From an uncultured Alphaproteobacteria bacterium (GTDB lineage Bacteria; Pseudomonadota; Alphaproteobacteria; Rhodobacterales; Rhodobacteraceae): a stretch of DNA of 64,000 nt. The stretch spans positions 2,542,415-2,606,414 of the forward strand of contig OY969107.1 of NCBI GenBank assembly GCA_963697935.1, written 5' to 3'. Position numbers and translations under genes: made by a program. This document shows positions 56,213 through 64,000 of this stretch, piece by piece; position 1 is the first letter of the stretch; each line of letters opens with the position of its first letter. Under the pieces are notes generated by a model that was not told the origin of the DNA, did no database searches, and was given only the letters and a program-made list of their open reading frames with translations.

Positions 56213-56734
56213 TTAGCGCGCGGCCGCTTCCGAGCTGCGCGGGTGGGTCACTTCCACCGACATCTTGCGCAGCGCCTCGCAGGTTTCGGGGGCCAGGCGC
56301 TCGATCTGGCTGGTATCGCGGTGCAGGTCAGCAAGAACCGCCTCGATCGCGTCCATCTCCGCGCCTTTGAACTCGCGATCCGAGCGGGCAAAGCTGGCGA
56401 TGCTGCGGCTGCCGGCGATATCGGCGGCAATGGTGAAGCCGTAGGCCATGCCATGCGCGGCGGCCCGCGCCAGCACGCCCGCATGATCGAGCGGCACAAG
56501 CGCGGACCAGTGGATGCGGCCGGTATTCTCGAATCCCCAGCGCACCGTCGGGTCCTGCATCACCAGGCCATTCGTGGTGTAGTAGGTGGTCCAGTCGGCC
56601 GGATAGGCCTGAAACAGGAACTTCGGGGTCGTGAAATGCACATGCAGCGCGATTGCATAGCCGGCCCTCGCTGCGGACTTGAGGCCGTTGAGCGCTGCCT
56701 TGATGTGTTCTTCACCTTGCATTGACCAGGCCAT
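56213..56734 (-). CDS. LuxR-type autoinducer-binding domain protein lacking the DNA-binding HTH (receptor-only paralogue)
   Basis: 173-aa intact ORF, alignable by eye to the N-terminal two thirds of the adjacent 202-aa LuxR regulator (AGYAIALHV / AGYYLALRV; SFARSDREF in both). It keeps the W-x3-Y-x8-DP-x13-W ligand-pocket spacing. It stops 19 codons after ...CEAL, so there is no recognition helix. Confidence 0.75.
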   Translation of the reverse strand: MAWSMQGEEHIKAALNGLKSAARAGYAIALHVHFTTPKFLFQAYPADWTTYYTTNGLVMQDPTVRWGFENTGRIHWSALVPLDHAGVLARAAAHGMAYGFTIAADIAGSRSIASFARSDREFKGAEMDAIEAVLADLHRDTSQIERLAPETCEALRKMSVEVTHPRSSEAAAR

Positions 56735-56863
56735 GCTTTCTTTGAGGTTGCGCGTTCCGCGCCTGACAAGTTACCCTTTAGTGCAGGCAGATATTTCGAA
56801 GACAGATACAACAGGAAGAACAGCAGCTTTTTTAATGTCTGTCGAGAGCCAAGGGCATTTCCA

Positions 56864-57472
56864 ATGACGGTCGCTCTGCAACCGGAAGATGTAAGGCGCG
56901 TGGCCGAAGCCGGCTACTACCTGGCTTTGCGGGTTGGTTTTGCCTTCCCGATGGAGGAGGTCAACCTGTTGCCGGCGCCCTGGGTGGAGCATTACACCAG
57001 CGAGCGCTACATGCTGGCCGACCCGGTGATCCAGTGGCTGTATTCCAATACCGGCGCTGTCCGCTGGAGCAGCATCACCCTTCCCGACCCCCGCGGAATC
57101 ATGCAGCAGGCCAAGAAGTTTGGCCTGCGCTACGGCGTGGCGATCTGCGTGTTTGACGGCAATGCCGAGGGCCAGCGGTCCTTCGGGTCCTTCGCCCGGT
57201 CGGATCGGGAATTCGAGATGTCCGAGATCACGGATCTGTCGGCCTATGTCGAACGGCTGCACTTCGAGAAGGCCCCGCCGCGCAATCTGACGGCGGCCGA
57301 GATCGAGGCCCTGGCGATGATCCGCGACGGCAAGCGGCTCAAGCAGATCGCCTATGAGTTGGGTGTGACCGAGGGTGCGATCAAGCAGCGGTTGAAGAAC
57401 GCCAAGCTCAAGCTGGGCGCCAAGACCGGCCCGCAGGCGGCGGCCTGGGCCAGCCAGTTCGGCCTGATCTGA
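56864..57472 (+). CDS. LuxR family quorum-sensing transcriptional regulator (autoinducer-binding domain plus GerE HTH)
   Basis: PAPWVEHYTSERYMLADPVIQWLYSNTGAVRW carries the AHL-pocket invariants. The C-terminal region LTAAEIEALAMIRDGKRLKQIAYELGVTEGAIKQRLKNAKLKLG has the E-x3-L-x5-G signature and an HTH. A LuxI-family gene follows. Confidence 0.88.
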   Translation: MTVALQPEDVRRVAEAGYYLALRVGFAFPMEEVNLLPAPWVEHYTSERYMLADPVIQWLYSNTGAVRWSSITLPDPRGIMQQAKKFGLRYGVAICVFDGNAEGQRSFGSFARSDREFEMSEITDLSAYVERLHFEKAPPRNLTAAEIEALAMIRDGKRLKQIAYELGVTEGAIKQRLKNAKLKLGAKTGPQAAAWASQFGLI

Positions 57473-57599
57473 CCGGATTCGGCGCCGCTTTCCCTTCAAA
57501 TTGTCAACCTGCCCGCCTTTTCATCGAATTGGCATGTGATGACGATTAACAACCGGGCGGCGAGCAGGCAGACTGGAATCTCCATAAAGGAGAACCAAG

Positions 57600-58262
57600 A
57601 TGGAAAATGTAACCTTCGATCTGTCCCGGATGCATCAGTTCGGCACGGCGTTTTTCGACTTTCTGGCGCTGCGCAAGACCTTCTTTGTCGACACTCTCGG
57701 CTGGGACATTCCCCATGACGACCGGGTCGAGATGGACCAGTATGACAACCCGCTGGCCCATTACTCGCTGGTGCGGCGCGACGGCAGGGTTATCGGCGGC
57801 GCGCGCGCCATGGCGACCACGGCAGCCTGGGGCAAGCATACCTACATGCTGCGCGATGCGGTCAAGGGTCAGCTGATCGACATACCTGGCCAGGTGCTGG
57901 ACCGCGAGATTGCCACGGCGCAGACTTGGGAATGCACGCGGCTGGTGATCTCGGACGAGGTGACAACGCACGCCGAGCGCAGCGAATGCCTGTCGCTGAT
58001 CGTCGATGGGCTGGTCCGGGTCGCGGCCGAGCATGGGGCCACGCAGCTGATCTCGCTGTCGCCGCTATCGCTGATGCGGGCGCTGCGCCAGCTGGGCTTT
58101 GCGGCCGACCGGATCGGCGAGCCCTATCACAACGAGGGCGACGGCCGGCGCTATGCGGTCCTGAGCATGCCTGCCGAGCGCGCGCTGCCCAGAATGCGGC
58201 ACCTGCCGATGGCAACCCACCGGCCGCAGCCGATGCCGCTGCACGCGCCCGCGGTTGCCTGA
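57600..58262 (+). CDS. acyl-homoserine-lactone synthase (LuxI family)
   Basis: FDFLALRKTFFVDTLGWDIPHDDRVEMDQYDNPLAHYSLV...GGARAMATT...WECTRLVISDE...LISLSPLSLMRALRQLGF matches the autoinducer synthase fold blocks. An RBS (aaggag) precedes the ATG. The ORF is intact. Confidence 0.85.
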   Translation: MENVTFDLSRMHQFGTAFFDFLALRKTFFVDTLGWDIPHDDRVEMDQYDNPLAHYSLVRRDGRVIGGARAMATTAAWGKHTYMLRDAVKGQLIDIPGQVLDREIATAQTWECTRLVISDEVTTHAERSECLSLIVDGLVRVAAEHGATQLISLSPLSLMRALRQLGFAADRIGEPYHNEGDGRRYAVLSMPAERALPRMRHLPMATHRPQPMPLHAPAVA

Positions 58263-58278
58263 CAGGCGAGGGACCGGG

Positions 58279-59586
58279 TCACTCAGCGCCGAAGACACGG
58301 GCGAAGATCGTGTCGACATGCTTGGTGTGATAGGCGAGGTCGAATTTCTCGTCGATCTCGGCCGGGGTGAGGGCTGCCGTGACCTCGGGATCGGCAAGCA
58401 GTTCGGTGCGGAAATCCTTGCCCTGCTCCCAGACCTTCATGGCGTTGCGCTGCACGAGGCGGTAGGCGTCCTCGCGGCTGACCCCGGCCTGGGTCAGCGC
58501 CAGCAGCACCCGCTGCGACATGATCAGGCCCTTGAACCTGTTCATGTTGGCCAGCATGTTCTCCGGGTAGATCACCAGCTTTTCGACAACGCCCGCAAGG
58601 CGGTGCAGCGCGAAATCGAGGGTGATGGTGGCGTCGGGCCCGATGGCGCGCTCCACGGAGGAATGCGAGATGTCGCGCTCGTGCCAGAGGGCCACGTTTT
58701 CCAGCGCCGGAACCACCGCCATCCGCACCAGCCGCGCCAGCCCGGTCAGGTTTTCGGTCAGCACCGGATTGCGCTTGTGCGGCATGGCCGACGAGCCCTT
58801 CTGGCCGGGGCTGAAGAACTCCTCGGCCTCCAGCACCTCGGTGCGCTGCATGTGGCGGATCTCGGTGGCGACGTTCTCGATGCTGGAGGCGATGACCCCC
58901 AGCGTGGCAAAGAACATCGCGTGGCGGTCGCGCGGGATCACCTGGGTCGAGATCGGCTCGGGCCGCAGGCCAAGCTGGGCGCAGACATGTTCCTCGACCG
59001 AGGGGTCGATATTGGCGAAGGTGCCGACCGCCCCGGAAATGGCGCCGGTGGCGATCTCCCAGCGGGCCTTTTCCAGCCGGTTCTTGTTGCGGTCCATCTC
59101 GGCGTAGAAGCGCGCGAAGGTCAGGCCCATGGTGGTCGGCTCGGCATGGATGCCGTGGCTGCGGCCGATGCGGACCGTGTCCTTGTGCTCGAATGCGCGG
59201 GTCCTGAGTGCGGCCAGAAGCCGGTCCATCCCGGCCAGCAGCAGGTCGGCGGCGCGCACCAGCTGCACGTTCAGCGTGGTGTCGAGCACGTCCGACGAGG
59301 TCATGCCCTGATGGACAAAGCGGGCGTCCTCGGCGCCGATATGCTCGGCCAGATGGGTCAGGAAGGCGATCACGTCATGCTTGGTCACCGCCTCGATCTC
59401 GTCGATGCGCGCCACGTCGAAGGTGACGTCCCTGGCGCGCCAGACCGCTTCGGCATTGGCCTTGGGGATCACGCCAAGCGCGGCCTGCGCGTCACAGGCA
59501 TGGGCCTCGATCTCGTACCAGATGCGGAACTTGGTCTCGGGCGACCAGATGGCAACCATGTCCGGGCGGGAATAGCGGGGGATCAT
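58279..59586 (-). CDS. purB: adenylosuccinate lyase
   Basis: [33 protein letters not shown]...; the signature region reads [23 protein letters not shown]. The 435-aa ORF is intact. Confidence 0.95.
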   Translation of the reverse strand: MIPRYSRPDMVAIWSPETKFRIWYEIEAHACDAQAALGVIPKANAEAVWRARDVTFDVARIDEIEAVTKHDVIAFLTHLAEHIGAEDARFVHQGMTSSDVLDTTLNVQLVRAADLLLAGMDRLLAALRTRAFEHKDTVRIGRSHGIHAEPTTMGLTFARFYAEMDRNKNRLEKARWEIATGAISGAVGTFANIDPSVEEHVCAQLGLRPEPISTQVIPRDRHAMFFATLGVIASSIENVATEIRHMQRTEVLEAEEFFSPGQKGSSAMPHKRNPVLTENLTGLARLVRMAVVPALENVALWHERDISHSSVERAIGPDATITLDFALHRLAGVVEKLVIYPENMLANMNRFKGLIMSQRVLLALTQAGVSREDAYRLVQRNAMKVWEQGKDFRTELLADPEVTAALTPAEIDEKFDLAYHTKHVDTIFARVFGAE

Positions 59587-59734
59587 CGCGTGGCCTCGTG
59601 CTGGAGCATTCAGGCCGGGTCATAGACCGGGGGTCGGACGGTCACAAGGGGGAGGGGCCGGCGCAAACGGCCGTCGCCACCCGAACGGTGCGGTTTGCGG
59701 TGGCTGAATGGCGCCGCAGCGCGCGGCGCCCCGG

Positions 59735-61078
59735 TCAGCCTTCGCCCATCAGCGCCGGATCGAACGGGTACTTGGTGATGTTCTCGAACCCGGTCTCGGT
59801 GATGATCACCTGATCCTCGAGCTTGATCGAGAAATCGCCGTCCTCGCAGCTGATGAGCGCCTCGACGCAGATGCACATGCCGGGCTCCAGCACATAATCG
59901 AAGGCACCTTCGACGAAATTGTCTTCGTAGGCCACCAGCGGCCATTCATCGCACAGACCGACCCCGTGCATCAGGCAGCCGTATTTCTGGGCCTGGAACC
60001 GGTCCGGCAGGCGGTGGGACTTGCGGGTCAGTTCGGGCAGCGACACGCCGGGCCTGAGCAGGTTCATGTTGTGGTTGATGTGCTCGACACCGATCTTCAT
60101 CGCCTCGATCATGTCGGGGCGCGGTTTGCGGTCGCCGATCCACCAGGTGCGGCTGATATCGACGCAGATGCCGTAGCAGCCGATCAGGTCGGTATCGAAG
60201 GCCACGATCTCGTTGTTCTGGACGATGCGGGGGCCGCATTCCTGAAACCACGGATTGGTGCGCGGCCCCGAGGCCAGCAGCCGGGTCTCGATCCATTCGC
60301 CGCCGCGGCGGATGTTTGAGGCGTGCAGTTCGGCCCAGATGTCATCCTCGGACATGTTGCCGCGCGGCACGCCGGCGCGCGCGGCCGCTTCCATCTCGGC
60401 CACCGAGAGTTCGCAGGCCAGGCTGGCGCAGCGCATGGCGTTGAGTTCGTCGGGGCCCTTGACCGCGCGGACCTTCTCGGTCAGCTCCTCGCCGCCCAGC
60501 ACCTCGAAGCCCAGCGATTGCAGGGCGTGCAGCCCGTGCAGCATGATCTTGTCGACGCCCAGCCGCATGTTGCCGCCGCTGTGTTCGTTGATCAGGTCGC
60601 GCACCTCGTTGGCGAACTTGTCGGCCGCCGGGTCGATCTTGTCGCCACGGTCGAAATAGAACAGGTCGGCACCCGAGCGCTGTTCGCGCACCAGCGCGTT
60701 GAACTTGGACAGGAACATGGCGTTCTTGTAGTCCCAGACCACCATGTAGCCATCGGCGCAGATCAGGCAGGCGCGAAAGGCGTTGTGGGTGTTCCACAGC
60801 TGCATGTTGGTCGAGTCGGTGGCGTAGCGGATGTTGAGCGGGTCGAACATCAGGATGCCGCCGTAATCGCGGTCAGTGACGCCCTTGACCAGCCGGGCAT
60901 GGCGAAAGGCGCGCATCCGCTCCAGATCCGGCAGGATCAGCCCCGCAGCGGCCCATTCACCGAAGGCCAGCTGGGTCGGCCCGATCTCGACCCGGTCATT
61001 GTCATTGAGCGAACCATCACCCAGGCGCGCGCCCTTGGTGGGGTCGATCTTGCGGCGGGAACTGTAGGAGGTATGCAT
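59735..61078 (-). CDS. dddP: DMSP lyase DddP (M24 metallopeptidase-fold dimethylsulfoniopropionate lyase)
   Basis: Long blocks that I recognise from roseobacter DddP: RKIDPTKGARLGDGS.ND..RVEIGPTQLAF, MFDPLNIRYATDSTNMQLWNTHNAFR, ADGYMVVWDYKN, GGEWIETRLLASGPRTNPWFQECGPR, QKYGCLMHGVGLCDEWPLVAY, GDFSIKLEDQVIITE and KYPFDPALMG. The ORF is intact and a ggag RBS precedes the ATG at 61078. Confidence 0.85.
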   Translation of the reverse strand: MHTSYSSRRKIDPTKGARLGDGSLNDNDRVEIGPTQLAFGEWAAAGLILPDLERMRAFRHARLVKGVTDRDYGGILMFDPLNIRYATDSTNMQLWNTHNAFRACLICADGYMVVWDYKNAMFLSKFNALVREQRSGADLFYFDRGDKIDPAADKFANEVRDLINEHSGGNMRLGVDKIMLHGLHALQSLGFEVLGGEELTEKVRAVKGPDELNAMRCASLACELSVAEMEAAARAGVPRGNMSEDDIWAELHASNIRRGGEWIETRLLASGPRTNPWFQECGPRIVQNNEIVAFDTDLIGCYGICVDISRTWWIGDRKPRPDMIEAMKIGVEHINHNMNLLRPGVSLPELTRKSHRLPDRFQAQKYGCLMHGVGLCDEWPLVAYEDNFVEGAFDYVLEPGMCICVEALISCEDGDFSIKLEDQVIITETGFENITKYPFDPALMGEG

Positions 61079-61091
61079 GGCCGGACTCCGG

Positions 61092-61126
61092 GTTGCCTGC
61101 TGCAACTAGGAGCCGCGGCAGGCAAC
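61092..61126. promoter_or_regulatory. 9-bp inverted repeat (gttgcctgc-N17-gcaggcaac) immediately upstream of the dddP start
   Basis: Perfect arms at 61092-61100 and 61118-61126, 14-48 nt upstream of the ATG. This could be an operator or a leader hairpin. No factor is known to me. Confidence 0.3.
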
Positions 61127-61187
61127 TTGTCCGGTACGGAAGCGACATTTTCGCGCCGGATTTCTCCGCAGCGACGCGAGGCCGCAG

Positions 61188-62303
61188 TCAGCTCAGGAAG
61201 GACAGGATCGTGTGGCCGAAGGACAGCTGCGCCGAGGTGCCGATGGCCAGTCCGGTCAGCGCCATGGTGCGCGCGGCAACGCTCATGCTTTCGCGGCCCA
61301 GCAGGGAATAGGTCATCGCCGCCGCCCCGATGGGCAATGACACCACCATGCAGGCGGTGTTCAGCGTGTAGATGGTCAGGCGCTGCGGCAAGGGTGACTT
61401 GACCGGCGTGCTGATGCCGTTCTCGTCCTCGGGCGGATAGAGCGCATTGCGCACCCGCTGGGCATCGCGCAGATCCCAGCTGGCCAGTGACATGGCGCTG
61501 GGCGGGTCGTTGCGCAGCAGTTCCGCCAGTTCGCGGCGATAGGCATCGGACAGCGGGTTGGGCTGCACCTCGTCGGCATCCATGGCCGGATGGGTCGGGC
61601 GCTTGGGGGTCGGGATGTCCCAGTCATGCGCCAGCGCGGCGATGGTGGTTTCTTCCTCGATCCGGGCCTGCAGGTCGCGCATCTCCTCGTCGAAGCGGGC
61701 TTCGAGCGTGGGCAGCAATTCATCGGGCCGGCCGGAACCGCGCGCGGACTCGGCGGGCGGCGCGTCGGTGGCCAGATCGGCGGCCGAGCAATCGGCGGCC
61801 AGATCGACGGCAGCCAGATCGGCGGCGGCCGCGGCGTGAGTGGACTCGGTCTCGGCCAGTTCGGGCCAGATCTGCTCGAGGATCATGTCGTAGATCTGCT
61901 CGGAAAAGGCCTCGTCGATCTCGATCCAGAGGAACTTGTCGCTCTGGTGGCGGCTCTCGACCCGGTCGACCAGACCCCGGCAGACCTCGTGCCGGCTCTC
62001 GAACAGCGGACCGGCGCCGGCCAGGTCCGGGGTGTTGCCGACCGAAACGATCAGGCAGGAATGAAAGCGGCCCGGCGTGGCGATATGCGGAAACTCGCGC
62101 GCCACCTCGCAATAGGCCAGGCAGATGCGCGTGCGCTCCAGATCGAAGATCACGAAATCCTCGAATTCGCGGGTTTCGCGGCAATTGATGCGGGGGTTGC
62201 TGCGCAGGGCCTGGCCCAGTTCGGTCGCAAGCAACGGGAAATCCATGCCCGTCGGCTTTGCGAAACAAAGCGCTGCTACCGTGCTGGTCGATGTGGCGGT
62301 CAT
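61188..62303 (-). CDS. hypothetical membrane-anchored protein (unknown N-terminal domain, acidic Ala/Asp/Leu repeat linker, C-terminal TM hairpin)
   Basis: Intact ORF with an aggag RBS before the ATG at 62303. The C-terminus has two hydrophobic helices (LTIYTLNTACMVVSLPIGAAAMTY and ARTMALTGLAIGTSAQLSFG). I recognise no family. Confidence 0.6.
   Translation of the reverse strand: MTATSTSTVAALCFAKPTGMDFPLLATELGQALRSNPRINCRETREFEDFVIFDLERTRICLAYCEVAREFPHIATPGRFHSCLIVSVGNTPDLAGAGPLFESRHEVCRGLVDRVESRHQSDKFLWIEIDEAFSEQIYDMILEQIWPELAETESTHAAAAADLAAVDLAADCSAADLATDAPPAESARGSGRPDELLPTLEARFDEEMRDLQARIEEETTIAALAHDWDIPTPKRPTHPAMDADEVQPNPLSDAYRRELAELLRNDPPSAMSLASWDLRDAQRVRNALYPPEDENGISTPVKSPLPQRLTIYTLNTACMVVSLPIGAAAMTYSLLGRESMSVAARTMALTGLAIGTSAQLSFGHTILSFLS
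61771..61830. repeat. imperfect 15-bp tandem repeat (about 4 units) inside the hypothetical gene
   Basis: Units are gccagatcggcggcc / gagcaatcggcggcc / agatcgacggcagcc / agatcggcggcggcc. They encode the pentapeptide-periodic stretch AAAADLAAVDLAADCSAADLATD. Confidence 0.7.
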
Positions 62304-62640
62304 CTTGGTGACTCCTGACAATCTGCTCAGGGTCACTCAACCATCCAAAGATGTGTTCAATTCGCACAAAATACGAAATTTCAGCGGCAGGCGAGGTAAT
62401 CCACGAGGCAAACGGGGCATTGTCGCTGGCCGGGAAACGGCGTGATCCTGAGTTTACCTATGGGAAGGTCACTGAGAATATTACAACAATAACAATGAGT
62501 TGGTTGCTTTCCTCTCGAGCGGATCCGCCCGCGCAGGTCCCAGCGCAATTGTGAAGGCCCGGCCTGATTTGGGTCACAATCGGCGCGGGGAAGACTTGGG
62601 GCCGCCGGCGACCGTCCCGCGCAATCGCCTTGAATTCAAA

Positions 62641-62670
62641 GCACAAAAGGGCGCCCGCCGGGCGCCCTTT
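62641..62670 (-). terminator. rho-independent terminator of glnA
   Basis: On the minus strand, aaagggcgccc-ggc-gggcgcccttt is followed by a T-rich tract (ttttgtgctttg), about 25 nt after the glnA stop. Confidence 0.8.
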
Positions 62671-62694
62671 CTCGGTCTTGCAAACCGGCAGATA

Positions 62695-64000
62695 TCAGCA
62701 GCTGTAATACATCTGGTACTCGATCGGGTGCGGGGTGTGCTCGTAGGCATAGACCTCTTCCCACTTCAGCGCGATGTAGCCATCGAGCTGGTCGCGGGTG
62801 AACACATCGCCGGCGAGCAGGAACTCGTGGTCCTTCTCCAGCTCTTCCAGCGCCTCGCGCAGCGAGCCGCAGACGGTCGGGATCTGCGCCAGTTCCTCGG
62901 GCGGCAGGTCGTAGAGATCCTTGTCCGAGGCCGGGCCCGGGTCGATCTTGTTCTTGATGCCGTCAAGGCCGGCCATCAGCAGGGCGGCGAAGGCCAGATA
63001 GGGGTTGGCGGTCGGATCGGGGAAGCGGGCCTCGACGCGCTTGGCCTTGGGCGATTCCGGCCACGGGATCCGCACGCAGCCCGAGCGGTTGCGCGCCGAA
63101 TAGGCACGCAGCACCGGCGCCTCGAAGCCCGGGATCAGGCGCTTGTAGCAGTTGGTCGAGGGGTTGGTGAGCGCGTTCAGCGCCTTGGCATGCTTGAGGA
63201 TGCCGCCGATGAAATACAGCGCCTCCTGGCTGAGATCGGCGTATTTGTCGCCGGCGAAAAGCGGCTTGCCGTCCTTCCAGATCGACATGTTGACATGCAT
63301 TCCCGAGCCGTTGTCGCCCTTGATCGGCTTGGGCATGAAGGTCACGGTCTTGCCGTAGGCCTGCGCCACGTTGTGGATCACGTATTTGTATTTCTGGATC
63401 TTGTCGGCCTGCTGGGTCAGCCCGCCGAAGATCAGGCCCAGTTCGTGCTGGCACGACGCGACCTCGTGGTGGTGCTTGTCCACCTTCATGCCCATGCGCT
63501 TCATGGTCGACAGCATTTCCGAGCGCATGTCCTGGGCATCGTCGATCGGGTTGACCGGGAAATAGCCGCCCTTGATGCCCGGACGGTGGCCGGTGTTGCC
63601 CATCTCGTATTCGGTGTCGGTGTTCCAGGCGCCGTCGATCGGCGTCGACCTGGAACGAGACCTTGTTCATCGTGACCGAAAAGCGCACGTCGTCGAAGAC
63701 GAAGAACTCGGCCTCGGGCCCGAAATAGGACGTATCGCCGATGCCGGTGGATTGCAGGTAGGCCTCGGCCTTCAGCGCGGTGCCGCGCGGGTCGCGGGCA
63801 TAGGCCTCGCCGGTGTCGGGCTCGACCACGTTGCAATGGATGCACAGGGTCTTTTCGGCATAGAACGGGTCGAGATAGGCGCTGGCGGGGTCGGGCATCA
63901 GCTTCATGTCGGACTGGTCGATCGACTTCCAGCCGGCGATCGACGAGCCGTCGAACATGAAGCCTTCTTCGAGGAAGTCCTCGTCGACCAGGTCGGATAT
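62695..64000 (-). CDS. glnA: glutamine synthetase type I, N-terminus beyond the right edge; one apparent frameshift near 63640
   Basis: [23 protein letters not shown]..., [67 protein letters not shown], the adenylylation-site region [11 protein letters not shown] and the tail [11 protein letters not shown]. Confidence 0.95.

Noticed and set aside
59587-59734. Structured GC-rich spacer upstream of purB, with a + strand stretch (gggtcggacggtcac...) vaguely like a ZTP/pfl riboswitch core
   Set aside because: Both flanking genes are on the minus strand, so the resemblance is on the wrong strand. I could not find the pseudoknot partner and conserved 3' half (CCGCCTGGGC-like). The hairpin ggcgccgc-gcgct-gcggcgcc (59710-59730) is more simply the dddP terminator.
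62351-62554. 67-aa + strand ORF in the glnA-downstream spacer
   Set aside because: It has no RBS, an implausible composition and no motif. It overlaps the likely promoter or leader of the minus-strand hypothetical gene, so it is probably non-coding.

Overview
GC-rich alphaproteobacterial chromosome segment. Gene content (dddP, soxBDAG, secDF next to ccmABCDG) and a GTTC-N7-GTTC SOS box point to Rhodobacteraceae, probably the roseobacter group. The window is almost entirely coding, with about 55 recognisable genes, mostly housekeeping.

Gene order, left to right:
- alpha-E / circularly permuted ATP-grasp operon (partial at the edge)
- LexA-box-controlled imuA-imuB-dnaE2 mutagenesis cassette
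- di-haem cytochrome c peroxidase and an FG-GAP protein
- ROK regulator with xylFHG-xylB-xylA
- dusA, a TauE-family permease, a conserved hypothetical
- ccmI-ruvX-DUF1289
- sarcosine oxidase soxBDAG
- a GT61-like / GSCFA gene pair
- sodB, LOG, a LysM protein, an Atm1-like ABC exporter
- yfgM-like, bamB, der, serS, yajC-secD-secF, an Mth938-like gene
- ccmABCDG, phosphomannomutase, DUF1801, acnA, DUF1223, a lipid A-type acyltransferase
- a stand-alone fliG and a LuxR/LuxI quorum-sensing locus
- purB, dddP, an unknown membrane protein, glnA (partial)

I saw no rRNA, tRNA, CRISPR array, intact IS element or prophage.

Many unmistakable genes, including essential ones, can only be read by switching frame. 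This most likely reflects single-nucleotide indel errors in the assembly rather than gene decay.

I found no clear new multi-gene system such as a defence island. The items most worth a second look are:
1. An HTH-less LuxR-type receptor paralogue apparently co-transcribed with an orphan fliG, beside a LuxR/LuxI pair.
2. A dispersed hairpin-plus-conserved-box repeat family, including a roughly 145-bp composite palindrome inside the SOS operon.
3. An intact GT61-like/GSCFA pair of unknown function.
4. An atypical, less GC-rich 386-bp spacer splitting soxB from soxD.
5. An uncharacterised repeat-containing membrane protein next to dddP.
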